Below are positions 1-9,679 of a stretch of 64,000 nucleotides of DNA, piece by piece. The first letter of the stretch is position 1. Every line of letters begins with the position of its first letter. The notes under the pieces are model-generated. The model had not been told where the DNA came from, made no database searches, and saw nothing but the letters and a program-made list of their open reading frames with translations. The stretch is taken from the NCBI GenBank assembly GCA_009268125.1, contig WBOU01000004.1, positions 148,494 to 212,493 of the forward strand, in the 5' to 3' direction. The position numbers and the translations under genes are program-made. Origin of the DNA: Chloroflexia bacterium SDU3-3 (lineage in GTDB: Bacteria; Chloroflexota; Chloroflexia; Chloroflexales; Roseiflexaceae).

Positions 1-781
1 TACGGCTGAACTCCGAGATGATCTCGATTATGCCCACGAAGAAGCCCAGGAAGCCCTCGCGGAAGTTGAAGAACTTGGTGAGATACGAGAAGCCAAGGGC
101 CTGGAAGCCGAAGAACTCCACCATAAACATGGCCACCAGCGCGAAGGCGAAGGTCACGTTCAGGTCGGCTGCGGGGGCGCGGAAGAACGGCACCACCGTG
201 CCACCGCAGTGCAGCGGCCAGCTGACGAACACCGTATTGTTGGCCTGAGCCTCTCCAGCGTGCCCTTCGGCGGCGGGCGCAGCGCCCTCGGCGGCGTGCC
301 CCTCGGCAGCAGCGGCGGGCTTCTCCACCTCGCACAGGCCGATCGAGCCGACGCCCGGCACCAGCGCGAAGAAGTTTGCGTAGAGGAAGAACATAAAGAT
401 CGTCGCCGGCAGGGCGAAGAACTTCGCGACATTCTTACGGTCGATGCCGACCGCGAAGTTGTAGAGCGCCTCGACGGTGGCTTCAATCACATTCTGGAAA
501 CCGCGCGGCACCAGCTGCATGCTGCGCACGCTCAGCATCGTCAGGATCAGGGCCACATCCACCAGCAGGGTCATCAGCACCGCGTTGGTGAAGGGGATGC
601 CGGTGGCGCACAGGCCGTGCTCTGGCTCGCCGCCGCCCAGACATGTCAGCGCCTCTGCGGCAGCGGACACATGCAGATCGCTCTTAGCCATGCGAACATT
701 GAGCGCGAAGAGCACACCACCAATAACCAGAACCGCAAGCAGCACCATCAGGACGCGGTTGCGCAGTAGGCCATTCAACAT
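1..781 (-). CDS. atpB: F0F1 ATP synthase subunit a, partial; 3' end runs off the window start
   Basis: Manual minus-strand translation from ATG 781 (RBS AAGGAGG 10 nt upstream, in-frame TAA further upstream) gives a polytopic membrane protein ending ...FVGIIEIISEFSR, which matches the conserved subunit-a C-terminal region. Not in the ORF track because there is no stop within the window. Confidence 0.7.
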   Translation of the reverse strand, partial: MLNGLLRNRVLMVLLAVLVIGGVLFALNVRMAKSDLHVSAAAEALTCLGGGEPEHGLCATGIPFTNAVLMTLLVDVALILTMLSVRSMQLVPRGFQNVIEATVEALYNFAVGIDRKNVAKFFALPATIFMFFLYANFFALVPGVGSIGLCEVEKPAAAAEGHAAEGAAPAAEGHAGEAQANNTVFVSWPLHCGGTVVPFFRAPAADLNVTFAFALVAMFMVEFFGFQALGFSYLTKFFNFREGFLGFFVGIIEIISEFSR

Positions 782-1030
782 GCGCCAGCTCCCTCCTTAA
801 CTTTCAGCGACTTTGGGAACTCTTTCACAATCAATATAACATAGAGGGCATAAAAATTCAACCTAGCGATAAGGTTGAAATTGTGCCAAACGTAACAACC
901 TTGTGTATGGAGTTTTGGCGGCGCGAGTATAGCATAGTTCGCCATCTTGCGCAAATGTTTGTTGCCATACGGCTATTGCGTGTAGAGAAACCGCTACGAT
1001 CATTTGCTCTACACGCAACACCGATGGCAT

Positions 1031-1987
1031 CTAGGAGAGGTACTCCAGCATGTCGCGGATGGCGCGCTTGGTGTAGACCCAGGCCGTGCCGATCTTGGTG
1101 GCAGAGGCGGCCTTGTCGAAGATCAGCACCAACATGAACTGCTGCGCCATATCGAAGCAGTAGAGATCGAAGTGCGACCCCTCCTGCATGTACAGGGCGC
1201 TCGAGTCGCGCTCGCGCAGCATCTGCGAGATCTGGCCCGCCGCCGAGAAACTGGTGGAGAGCAGGGGCAGCAGCACCATGGTGGAAAGGCCGCTGGTTGA
1301 GCCGACCTCGGTGAGCACCATGCCCTCACGGTTGCTCAGCAGGATGCACTGCGCGCCCACCTCTTGCAGCAGGTCGCTCATACGGCTGCGAATGGGTGTC
1401 AGGTTGTCGGCGGTGAGCACCAGGGCGTTGCGGCGCGAGCCAGGCTTGCGGGGCGCAGGCGTAGGCATCGGCGGGCGCGGGGCTGGCTCGGGGCGCGTGG
1501 CTGGCTCAGGGTCGCGGCGTGCGGCGCGGGGCTCGGGGTCGCGGCGGCGCGGGGCTGGCTCGGGCTCGGGGGCGGCAGGCTCGGGGGCGGCAGGCTCGGG
1601 CTCGGGCTCGGGGGCGGGAGCGACGGGGGCGGCGCTGATCGCAGCCAGCAGGGCTTCCTTCAGCACGCCGACGTCGGTCAGCGCATCCAAGAACTGGTAG
1701 ACGCCATGGCTCTGCGCCTGCTTGGCGGCACGCGGGTCGGGCTGGCGGCTGCACAAAATGACCCGCGTGGGCAGGCCAAAATTTGGCAGGATCTCAGCGA
1801 GATCCATACCGCTCATGCCGGGGAGATCAATATCTGCAACGATCACCTCGGGCGGCGCATTCCGCACTTCCCAGAGGGCATCGTTTGCCGTTTCCAGCAT
1901 TTGTACTTCGATATCATCATTCAGATTTCCCTGCAACGAGCGCAGCACCTCGTTGTCGCCAGGTACGATAATGAGTCGGTGGGCCAT
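1031..1987 (-). CDS. response regulator: N-terminal CheY-like receiver, Pro/Glu-rich linker, C-terminal Roadblock/LC7-like domain
   Basis: 318 aa. Receiver motifs (VIVADIDLPGMSG), linker PEPEPEPAAPEPAAPEPEP, C-terminus resembles a roadblock/LC7 (MglB-like) fold (ILLSNREGMVLTEVG...). ATG at 1987. Confidence 0.7.
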   Translation of the reverse strand: MAHRLIIVPGDNEVLRSLQGNLNDDIEVQMLETANDALWEVRNAPPEVIVADIDLPGMSGMDLAEILPNFGLPTRVILCSRQPDPRAAKQAQSHGVYQFLDALTDVGVLKEALLAAISAAPVAPAPEPEPEPAAPEPAAPEPEPAPRRRDPEPRAARRDPEPATRPEPAPRPPMPTPAPRKPGSRRNALVLTADNLTPIRSRMSDLLQEVGAQCILLSNREGMVLTEVGSTSGLSTMVLLPLLSTSFSAAGQISQMLRERDSSALYMQEGSHFDLYCFDMAQQFMLVLIFDKAASATKIGTAWVYTKRAIRDMLEYLS

Positions 1988-2159
1988 TCGTCTTTTTCGC
2001 CTTTCCCCAGCTGGAGCCGCCAGCCATCAGCTATGAGCTATCAGCTATCAGCAAGCAGCGCCCGCGTGGCGCGTGTGGGTGGAAATATTGTACACCACTT
2101 TGCGCATCCGTTTGCACGCGGTATGCCGCCTGCGTCCTAGCTCGTGCTTTCTATCTATC

Positions 2160-3800
2160 CTACGATGCTACGGGCAGGGCCACCGTGAAGGTGCTGCCCT
2201 GCCCCTCTTTGCTCTGAAGCCAGACTATACCGCCCAACACTGCGGTTAGCTCGCGCACGATCGCAAGCCCGAGCCCGATGCCGCCGTGCTCGCGGGTGAG
2301 CGACTCTTCGACCTGGTAGAAGCGTTCGAAGATCCGCAGCTGCTCGCGCTCGGGGATGCCTACGCCAGTGTCCTCGACCTCCACCACTGCCCACATGCGG
2401 CTCAGCTCACGCCCCGTTGGGGTATGCCCCTTGAGCTGTTCAACCGGCTGAAGCGATGCGCGAACATCGATCTTGCCGCCCGGCGGCGTGAAGCGCACCG
2501 CATTCGAGATCAGATGCCCGGCGATCAGCTGCACCTTCTCGCGGTCGCTCACCAACGTGATCGGCGGCTGGCTGGGCGTGAAGGAGAGCGTCAGCGCGTG
2601 CTCCTGGGCCAGCGGGCCAAGATTACTACAGGCATCCTTTAGTAGATCGCCAAGCACGATCTGGTCGGCGCTCAGGTTGGCCTGGCCCATGTCAAGGTGG
2701 CGCAGGCTAATCATGTCATCGACAATCCCACGGATGCGCTCGCCATTTTCCAGCACGCGGCCTAGGTAGTCGCGCTGGGTATCGGTGGTCGACTGGTCGC
2801 GCAGCATCATGGTGTAGCCCAGCACCAGCGAGAGCGGCGTGCGCAGCTCGTGCGAGGCCACGGCGATAAACTCGCCCTTGAGCTTGTCGAGGTCTTTCAG
2901 GCGGGCGTACGCCTCATCCAGCTGGCTGTAGAGCACGGCGTTGCGCAGCGCGGTGCCGGCGTGGTTGGCCAGCAGCGCCAGCTCCTCTTGCGCGCCAAGC
3001 CGCAGCTCGGGCGCCTGGCCATAGCAGATCACCAGCACGCCGGTGATCTCGCCCTGGGCGTAGAGCGCCGTCGCGATGCCGTAGCTGGCCTCGTGGCCAC
3101 CCATGGTGCCCAGCGGCTCGTCGCCACTGTGCTGCAGGCGGCGCTGCACGGTGGCCTTCTGGGCCAGCCGCCGCCCGCCCGGCAGCAGGGCCGCGCCCGC
3201 GTGCGAGGCGATGGTGACGGGGCGCTCGGCATTCACCAGCACAAAGCCAAACTGGCCGCCGCTCTGCTCAAGGGCGATCCGCAGCAGCGTCGCGCCCAGC
3301 TCCTGCACATTCAGCGTGCTGATCAGGGCCTCGCTATGCGCCAGCATCTGCTCAAGGGCGCGCAGGCGCAGGTTGTCCTGCAGCAGGCCGCGCTTGTGTA
3401 GGGCCTGCTCGACCGCCAGGCGCAGCTGGTCAAGCTCGAAGGGCTTGGGCAAGAAGTCGGCGACCCCGCGCTGCACCGACTGCTGCAGGTTCTCCTTCGA
3501 TGCAAAGCCCGTCATAATAATGATAGCGATCGCGGGGTCGCGATCGCGTGCGATGTGGGCGAGGTCGAGGCCGCTCATGGTGGGCATCTTGATGTCGGTG
3601 AGCAGCAGATCAAAGGAGAGCTCGCCCTGCAGCAGGCGCACCGCCGCATCGGGGTCGCAGGTGGTCAGCACCTCGTAGCCGCTGCGCTGCAGGGTGCGCG
3701 AGCACACATCGCACATATACTGCTCGTCGTCCACCACAAGGATACGCCCCAGAAATGGGGCGGGCGGCGCGCTATTCATCTGCGGTTCTGGCGTGCTCAC
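2160..3800 (-). CDS. hybrid sensor histidine kinase (REC-GAF-HisKA-HATPase_c)
   Basis: 546 aa. N-terminal receiver (ILVVDDEQ...DIKMPTMSG), H-box AVASHELRTPL, ATP-binding G-boxes (DTGVGIP, GGIGLGLAIV). Immediately upstream of the response regulator, so a likely operon. Confidence 0.8.
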   Translation of the reverse strand: MSTPEPQMNSAPPAPFLGRILVVDDEQYMCDVCSRTLQRSGYEVLTTCDPDAAVRLLQGELSFDLLLTDIKMPTMSGLDLAHIARDRDPAIAIIIMTGFASKENLQQSVQRGVADFLPKPFELDQLRLAVEQALHKRGLLQDNLRLRALEQMLAHSEALISTLNVQELGATLLRIALEQSGGQFGFVLVNAERPVTIASHAGAALLPGGRRLAQKATVQRRLQHSGDEPLGTMGGHEASYGIATALYAQGEITGVLVICYGQAPELRLGAQEELALLANHAGTALRNAVLYSQLDEAYARLKDLDKLKGEFIAVASHELRTPLSLVLGYTMMLRDQSTTDTQRDYLGRVLENGERIRGIVDDMISLRHLDMGQANLSADQIVLGDLLKDACSNLGPLAQEHALTLSFTPSQPPITLVSDREKVQLIAGHLISNAVRFTPPGGKIDVRASLQPVEQLKGHTPTGRELSRMWAVVEVEDTGVGIPEREQLRIFERFYQVEESLTREHGGIGLGLAIVRELTAVLGGIVWLQSKEGQGSTFTVALPVAS

Positions 3801-3896
3801 CGGCAGTGCATCTCCTCATAGTAGCGCTCGGTACGACCGGCGTGGTGGCGGGGTGCCCCTGCGCTGGGGCCAGCGAGCAGGCGCGGTACGCCATAG

Positions 3897-5045
3897 CTAG
3901 CTCAGCACCTCAACCGCAGTCACTGGCACCAGGGCGGTCGAGCCGTCATCCAGCTGCACATCCACCGCCTGGGTGCGCACGCGCCCGGCCACCTTGCGCG
4001 GCACATTCGAGACCGTGCGCACCTGGCCCACCGCGCCCAGGTGGTCGCGATCCAGCAGGCGCACCTGGGTGCCGGGGCGCAGCGTGGCGGGCTGCGATTC
4101 CATGGGGATGTTGGATGTGCGGGCCGAGAGCGGGATGACCACGCGTGGGCGGGTGTGCGGGTAGCGCAGCTGGGTCAGCCCTTCGATCAGGGCCTCCTGC
4201 CGATCGTGCGCGGCCAGCAGCTCGAACAGCGCGGTGGCCATGGGGCGCGCCCCAAAGCCCTCGGTGACCACCAGGGTGAGGTCGTAGGCCCGCTCGGTGG
4301 CGGCCACCGGCATCTGCCATGTGCTCACGCCCACCCGCCAGTTGTTGGCGGTGCTCCAGCCCAGGAAGGTGGCCAGCTCGTCGGCGTCGATGCCGCCTAC
4401 GATCACGCCGCGCACCTGCTCGGCCACGGCGCGGCGCAGCGCCGCCGCGGTGACGCTGCTGCCGCCGATCAGCACGGCGTAGGCGCTGCGCGCGTCGATC
4501 ATCTCGGGGCGGATGGGCTCGGATGGGTCGGTGACCAGCAGCCGCAGCACGCCCGAGCGGTCCGGGCCAAAACCGATCGCGCCATAGACCTGCGCGGCGG
4601 GGGTCTCGATCTGCACACCGCGCCCTGGGATCACATCCATCACCAAGCCGCGCACGGTGGCCTGCAGCTCGTAGGTGACAGGGTCGGGCGTGATAGTGAC
4701 ATAGCCCGTCTCGGCATCCACGGCGGTAATGATCCCGGCGATAGGTGCATGGAAGGCGCGCCCGCCGATCGGGCTGGTACGCGCCAGCAGGTCGCCCTTG
4801 TTGATCTTGTTGCCCACCTCGCGCTTCATGGCGCGCTCGACGCTGGCCGGAGTGATCGACAGCGAGCGGGCGACATTCATGATCAGCGGGCGGGCGGGCA
4901 GAAAGGCACGGGCGACCACATCTTCTGGCTCGACGCGCTGGCCGGTGCGCACCAGCACCTCGCCGGGCTGTGGAAGGCGGCGCTCGATTCTCGCTAGTGC
5001 GCCACTGATAAGCGGTGGTATTCCAGAGGGGACGTATAGTGACAT
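3897..5045 (-). CDS. hypothetical protein; possible biotinyl/lipoyl-like barrel-sandwich segment
   Basis: 382-aa ORF with coding-like composition. Segment GDLLARTSPIGGRAFHAPIAGIITAVD resembles a barrel-sandwich hybrid. No family recognised. Confidence 0.45.
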   Translation of the reverse strand: MSLYVPSGIPPLISGALARIERRLPQPGEVLVRTGQRVEPEDVVARAFLPARPLIMNVARSLSITPASVERAMKREVGNKINKGDLLARTSPIGGRAFHAPIAGIITAVDAETGYVTITPDPVTYELQATVRGLVMDVIPGRGVQIETPAAQVYGAIGFGPDRSGVLRLLVTDPSEPIRPEMIDARSAYAVLIGGSSVTAAALRRAVAEQVRGVIVGGIDADELATFLGWSTANNWRVGVSTWQMPVAATERAYDLTLVVTEGFGARPMATALFELLAAHDRQEALIEGLTQLRYPHTRPRVVIPLSARTSNIPMESQPATLRPGTQVRLLDRDHLGAVGQVRTVSNVPRKVAGRVRTQAVDVQLDDGSTALVPVTAVEVLS

Positions 5046-5330
5046 GGTGTGGCGTTCTCCGCGCTAGGACGAACTGCTGTGCCATTATAGCACAGCCGAT
5101 AGCGTGCGGCTAGGGGAAATTGCGCAGTAGAAGGGCATAGACCACCGCCGCCGACTATTTTATTTCTGCGTAGAACTATCTTCGATAGGCATGGTCCGCA
5201 GGCATGGCGGCGGCCCGGATCCTCGCGCGCCCTGCAACTTTCAGGCGCCCGCAGCCGTCTCAGCACCAGAACGTAAATGCCCAAGACAATACAGACCTTC
5301 AAGCACATTCCATCCCGAGGTTACAATACC

Positions 5331-5729
5331 ATGTATACACCAACACAGCGGCTTATGCGCAGCCGCAACGAGAAAGTGATCGCCGGAGTGGCCGGCGGCA
5401 TCGCGCGCTACCTGACCGTCGACCCAGTGTTCATCCGCCTGGCCTTCATCGCGCTGAGCATCACCGGCCTGGGGCTGCTGCTCTACCCCATCCTGTGCGT
5501 GATCATGCCGCTGGAGCCAGAGGGCGAGGCCGCCTACGCCGACCCCGCCGCCCAGGCCAGCCCCGCCGACACCGACCGCCGCAAGCACCTGCTGGGCTAC
5601 GCCCTGCTGTTTGTGGGCGCGCTGGCCCTGGCCAGCGGCAAGGTGGCGCTAGGCATGGTGCTAGCCAAGGTGCTGTTCCCCCTGATCGTGATCGGCATCG
5701 GCGTGATGCTGCTGGCCCGCAGCCGCTAG
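5331..5729 (+). CDS. PspC domain-containing membrane protein
   Basis: MYTPTQRLMRSRNEKVIAGVAGGIARYLTVDPVFIRLAFIAL is a typical PspC N-terminal domain, followed by TM helices. Start chosen at the internal ATG (5331) of ORF 5277..5729. Confidence 0.6.
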   Translation: MYTPTQRLMRSRNEKVIAGVAGGIARYLTVDPVFIRLAFIALSITGLGLLLYPILCVIMPLEPEGEAAYADPAAQASPADTDRRKHLLGYALLFVGALALASGKVALGMVLAKVLFPLIVIGIGVMLLARSR

Positions 5730-5736
5730 GCGGGCG

Positions 5737-5768
5737 CTGCCGGGCAGGGCGGGTGCCCTGCCCGGCAG
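5737..5768 (+). terminator. GC-rich hairpin downstream of the pspC-like gene
   Basis: ctgccgggcagggc-gggt-gccctgcccggcag, a perfect 14-bp stem with no U-tract. Confidence 0.35.
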
Positions 5769-5904
5769 CCCCACCTCACAGCTTGTCCGACCAACAAAAC
5801 CACGAATTGACGGCAGCCCTATAGGATGCTATACTTCTTAATTGCATCGTCCTCCCGGTGAGGGCGCTGTCTTGTTTTGTCTCTTGAACAGAAGGAGCGC
5901 TGCG

Positions 5905-6522
5905 ATTAGAGACCGGCTTCGCATCAACAACCGCATCCGCGCGCGCGAGGTTCGCGTGATCGACGACGAGAATAACCAGCTTGGTATTCTCCTCCTGCGC
6001 GATGCTTTGGCTTTGGCTGAGGAACGTGGGCTCGACCTTGTCGAGGTCGCGCCAAATGCTGTGCCGCCCGTGTGCCGCCTGATGGACCACGGGAAGTACC
6101 GCTATGAGCAGACAAAGAAGGAACGAGAGGCACGGAAGAATCAGAAGCAGGTTGAGATTAAGCAGATCCGCCTAGAGCCAAAGACCGACTCGCATGATAT
6201 TGATGTGAAGACAGGCCAGGCGCGGCGTTTCCTGCTGGAAGGCGACAAAGTCAAGTTCAACCTGCGGTTCCGTGGCCGCGAGATCGTCCACCAGGAAATT
6301 GGGCGCGAGATCCTGGAGCGGATTGCGGAGAACCTCCGCGATATCGCAATCGTCGAGCAGCGCCCGCTCATGGAAGGGAAAGTGCTGTCACTTACGCTGG
6401 CGCCTAATCAAAAGGCTAAGACTCAGCAATCACAGCGCCAACCCAAAGAAAATGCCGAGCGCCCCGCCCGGCCATCGCCCTCGGTAGAAACCGACGGGGC
6501 AGAGGAAGAGAACGAGGATTAG
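5905..6522 (+). CDS. infC: translation initiation factor IF-3, probable ATT start codon
   Basis: IRDRLRINNRIRAREVRVIDDENNQLGILLLRDALALAEERGLDLVEV... is the canonical IF3 sequence. In-frame ATT at 5905 follows RBS GAAGGAG with a 7-nt spacing, as expected for autoregulated infC. Confidence 0.85.
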   Translation: MRDRLRINNRIRAREVRVIDDENNQLGILLLRDALALAEERGLDLVEVAPNAVPPVCRLMDHGKYRYEQTKKEREARKNQKQVEIKQIRLEPKTDSHDIDVKTGQARRFLLEGDKVKFNLRFRGREIVHQEIGREILERIAENLRDIAIVEQRPLMEGKVLSLTLAPNQKAKTQQSQRQPKENAERPARPSPSVETDGAEEENED

Positions 6523-6525
6523 TTC

Positions 6526-6732
6526 ATGCCGAAGATGAAAACGCACAAGGGTGCATCCAAGCGCTTCAAGGTGACGGGCACCGGCAAGCTGGTTCACCAG
6601 CAGGGCCGCCGCGGCCACTTCCGCCGCCGCAAGGCCACCCGCCTGCTGCAGCAGCTGGACAAGCTGAAGGCCATCCCCGAGACCAGCGAGCGCGCCATCC
6701 GCGCCGCGCTGCCCTACGGCCCGATCCGCTAA
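6526..6732 (+). CDS. rpmI: 50S ribosomal protein L35
   Basis: [39 protein letters not shown]..., 68 aa. Confidence 0.9.
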   Translation: MPKMKTHKGASKRFKVTGTGKLVHQQGRRGHFRRRKATRLLQQLDKLKAIPETSERAIRAALPYGPIR

Positions 6733-6770
6733 GAAAAGTTTTATATTTACTCTTGTTTTAGGAGACGATA

Positions 6771-7130
6771 ATGGCACGTGTAAAGCGTGGCGTGATGGTG
6801 CGCAAGCGCCACAATAAGCTGCTCAAAGAGGTGAAGGGCTACCGCGGTAGCCGCAGCCGCCGCATTAAGGTCGCTCGCGAGACGTTGATGAAGGCGCTCT
6901 CGTACGCCTACCGCGACCGCCGCAACCGCAAGCGCGACTTCCGCCGCCTGTGGATCACCCGCATCAACGCGGCTGCGCGCCTCAACGGCATCAGCTACAG
7001 CCGCCTGATGAGCGGGCTGAAGAAGGCCAACATCGACATCGACCGCAAGATGCTGGCCGACCTGGCCGTGCGCGACCCGAAGGGCTTCACCCTGGTGGTC
7101 GAGCAGGCCCAGCGCGCGATCAGCGCCTAG
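6771..7130 (+). CDS. rplT: 50S ribosomal protein L20
   Basis: [51 protein letters not shown]..., 119 aa. Confidence 0.9.
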   Translation: MARVKRGVMVRKRHNKLLKEVKGYRGSRSRRIKVARETLMKALSYAYRDRRNRKRDFRRLWITRINAAARLNGISYSRLMSGLKKANIDIDRKMLADLAVRDPKGFTLVVEQAQRAISA

Positions 7131-7140
7131 CTACCGCAGG

Positions 7141-7197
7141 CTGCCGCCGCCCGCCTCTGGCATTCTATGCCAAGGTAGGCGGCGGCTCTTTTGTTTT
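7141..7197 (+). terminator. rho-independent terminator after rplT
   Basis: Stem gccgccgc ... gcggcggc followed by tcttttgtttt. Confidence 0.6.
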
Positions 7198-7209
7198 ATA
7201 GGGCATGGT

Positions 7210-7989
7210 ATGATCGCAAGCACAACAAACCCCCACGTGAAGCAGATCCGCGCGCTGGCCGCTGGCCGCCGCGATCGGCGCGAGCAGCGGCTGTTCGTGA
7301 TCGAGGGCGTGCGGCTGGTGGCCGACGCGCTTGGCTCGCAGGCCAGCCTGGAGCTGGCGCTGTACGCCCCCGAGCAGCTAGAGACGACCGAGGCGGGCGC
7401 GGCGCTGCTGGCCCGGCTACGCGCGCTGCCGCGCTGCCACGAGGCCAGCCCGCAGGCGCTGGCCGCCGCCGCCGACACGGTGCACCCGCAGGGCGTGGTG
7501 GCGCTGGTGCGCTGGCCGCAGGTGCGGCGCGGCCAGGGCGGGCTGGCGCTGGTGCTGGATGCCATCCAGGATCCTGGCAACGCGGGCACGCTGCTGCGCA
7601 GCGCCGAGGCCTGCGGCGTGGACATGGTGCTGTGCTCGCGCGGGACAGTGGATGTGTACAGCCCCAAGGTGGTGCGCTCGGCCATGGGCGCGCACTTCCG
7701 GCTGTGCGTGGAGCAGGACCTGGGCTGGGGCGAGATCGCCGAGCGCTGCGCGGGGTTGGCGCTGTACGCATCCGACGCGGAGGCGACACAGGCCTACCAC
7801 CAGGCCGACATGCGCCAGCCCTGCGCGCTGATCGTGAGCAACGAGGCGCAGGGGCTGAGCGCCGAGGCGGCGGCCATGGCCACGGGCATGCTGAGCATCC
7901 CGATGCGCGGCGGGGCCGAGTCGCTGAACGCGGGGGTGGCGGGCAGCATCTTGCTGTTCGAGGCGCTGCGCCAGCGCTCGGTAGAATAA
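7210..7989 (+). CDS. TrmH/SpoU-family RNA 2'-O-methyltransferase (RlmB-like)
   Basis: 259 aa with SpoU motifs: VLDAIQDPGNAGTLLRSAEACGVDMV ... LIVSNEAQGLS ... SLNAGVAGSILLFE. Confidence 0.8.
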   Translation: MIASTTNPHVKQIRALAAGRRDRREQRLFVIEGVRLVADALGSQASLELALYAPEQLETTEAGAALLARLRALPRCHEASPQALAAAADTVHPQGVVALVRWPQVRRGQGGLALVLDAIQDPGNAGTLLRSAEACGVDMVLCSRGTVDVYSPKVVRSAMGAHFRLCVEQDLGWGEIAERCAGLALYASDAEATQAYHQADMRQPCALIVSNEAQGLSAEAAAMATGMLSIPMRGGAESLNAGVAGSILLFEALRQRSVE

Positions 7990-8161
7990 GCGGCCTAGCC
8001 CATCCAGCGAAGGTGTACGGTAGACGACGCTGGCCATGATCCAGACCGCAGCGGCGTAGGTGCGGATGGGAGGCGGGCGCATTTTCTCCCTTGCTATCGT
8101 GGGTTTCTGCGAGATGGTGCGGCTTTCGCAAAATGGAGATAACATCTGTTGGCCTTCGCAC

Positions 8162-8243
8162 CTTCGCCTCTTCGCGGTAAATAGGTATCTTTACCTCTCT
8201 TGGTGCCTTGGTATCTTGGTGGTAAACGGTCTTGGTGGCGAAT
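8162..8243 (+). repeat. dispersed intergenic repeat copy F (CTTGGTG(G) direct-repeat module ending CTTGGTGGTAAA)
   Basis: cttcgcggtaaatagg...cttggtgccttggtatcttggtggtaaacggtcttggtgg. It shares modules with the copies at 28.3, 45.3, 50.9, 51.8 and 56.9 kb. Confidence 0.5.
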
Positions 8244-8294
8244 TCCGTCGCAGGCCGCACGCGCACTTGCGCGGCTGCGGTATAATAGGCGCAG

Positions 8295-8556
8295 CATACA
8301 AGCTGTGACGAAGCAAAAGTAGGCATGGGGAAGCGATCAGAGAGCGGTGGTCAGCGGCTGGGAGCCGCCGCCGTGGAAGCATGCCGAAGTTCTCTTCTGA
8401 GCTGAGCGGGGAAACCTGGGCGTCGCCCGTGGGAGTAGTCGTTTCCGGCGGCCCGCCGTTATCGGGCTGTGAGGGCCTGCTGCGCCACGCGCGGGGGCCA
8501 AATCAGGGTGGTACCACGGGTCACGCCTCGTCCCTGCGAGCGCGTGGCTTTTTTGT
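8295..8556 (+). promoter_or_regulatory. T-box riboswitch leader of pheS, probably Phe-specific, with terminator
   Basis: Conserved T-box AATCAGGGTGGTACCACGGG at 8501-8520, then terminator stem (cacgcctcg...cgagcgcgtg) plus gcttttttg. Upstream AG-rich stem-I-like segment (gatcagagagcgg) and UUC triplets in a gaagUUCucUUCugag context. TATAAT at 8281. Confidence 0.6.
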
Positions 8557-8592
8557 TGCCCGGCGACCTGGGGGTGGCCGGGGCGGAGGATA

Positions 8593-9648
8593 ATGGAGCA
8601 TATGGCACTGAGCGACGATCTGAAGGCGCTGCAGGAGCGCGCCCTAGGGGCGCTGGCGGCGGCGAACGACGCGGCGGCGCTGGCCGAGTGGAAGACCAGC
8701 TTCCTGGGCAAGAAGGGCGAGCTTTCACAGCTGAGCCGGGGCCTAGGCGCGCTGACGCCGGAGGAGCGCCCGGCGGCGGGGCAGGCGTTCAACGCGGTGC
8801 GGCAGGCGCTGGAGGCCGCGATGGACGAGACCGAGCAGCGCGTGAAGCAGGCGGCGCGGGCCTCCGACTTCGCGCAGGATGAGGTGGACGTGACGCTGCC
8901 GGGGCGCAGCCCGAGCGTGGGCCGCATCCACCCGATCAACCAGACCATCCGCGAGATCATCGATATCTTCGGCGATATGGGCTTCCAGGTGTGGGAGAGC
9001 CCCGAGATCGAGACCGACGAGGTGAACTACGGCCTGCTGAACTTCCCGCCGGAGCACCCGGCGCGCGACATGCAGGACACGTTTTATGTCGACACGCCGC
9101 CAGATGCCGAGAAGCTGGTGCTGCGCACGCACACCTCGGGCGGGCAGATCCACGCCATGCGGCGCTTCGCGCCCGAGCCGGTGCGCGTGCTGCTGCCGGG
9201 CAAGGTCTACCGCAACGAGCAGGTGTCGGCGCGGTCGGAGATGCAGTTCAGCCAGTTCGAGTTCCTGGCGGTGGGCAAGGGCATCACCCTGGCCGACCTG
9301 AAGGGCACGCTGGGCGCGATGGCCGAGCGGCTGTTCGGCGAGGGCACCAAGGTGCGGCTGCGGCCCTCCTACTTCCCGTTCACCGAGCCGAGCGCGGAGA
9401 TGGATGTGACCTGCTTCCTGTGTGGGGGCAAGGGCTGCCGGATCTGCAAGCACAGCGGCTGGCTGGAGATCGGCGGCTGCGGCATGGTGCACCCGAACGT
9501 GCTGCGCAACGGCGGCTACGACCCGGCGGTATACAGCGGGTTCGCGGGCGGCTTCGGGCCGGAGCGGATCAGCCTGCTGAAGTATGGGATCGACGACATC
9601 CGCTGGTTCCTGAGCGGCGACGAGCGGCTGATCCAGCAGTTTGGATGA
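8593..9648 (+). CDS. pheS: phenylalanine--tRNA ligase alpha subunit
   Basis: 351 aa, class II aaRS motifs (FRPSYFPFTEPSAEMDV, GWLEIGGCGMVHPNVL). RBS GGAGGA upstream. Confidence 0.9.
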   Translation: MEHMALSDDLKALQERALGALAAANDAAALAEWKTSFLGKKGELSQLSRGLGALTPEERPAAGQAFNAVRQALEAAMDETEQRVKQAARASDFAQDEVDVTLPGRSPSVGRIHPINQTIREIIDIFGDMGFQVWESPEIETDEVNYGLLNFPPEHPARDMQDTFYVDTPPDAEKLVLRTHTSGGQIHAMRRFAPEPVRVLLPGKVYRNEQVSARSEMQFSQFEFLAVGKGITLADLKGTLGAMAERLFGEGTKVRLRPSYFPFTEPSAEMDVTCFLCGGKGCRICKHSGWLEIGGCGMVHPNVLRNGGYDPAVYSGFAGGFGPERISLLKYGIDDIRWFLSGDERLIQQFG

Positions 9649-9679
9649 TGTGCGAGCGACCAGCGCGACGGAGCGCCCG

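Noticed and set aside
3946-5085. 379-aa ORF overlapping hypothetical gene 3897..5045 in another frame
   Set aside because: An Arg/Gly/Ala/His-rich composition typical of an off-frame GC artefact. The 3897..5045 frame has protein-like composition.
9641-9679. TTG start at 9641 for the GT-C gene, overlapping the pheS stop
   Set aside because: The downstream ATG at 9680 has a GGAG RBS and removes an unlikely Asp/Arg-rich extension. Either start would leave the gene call unchanged.
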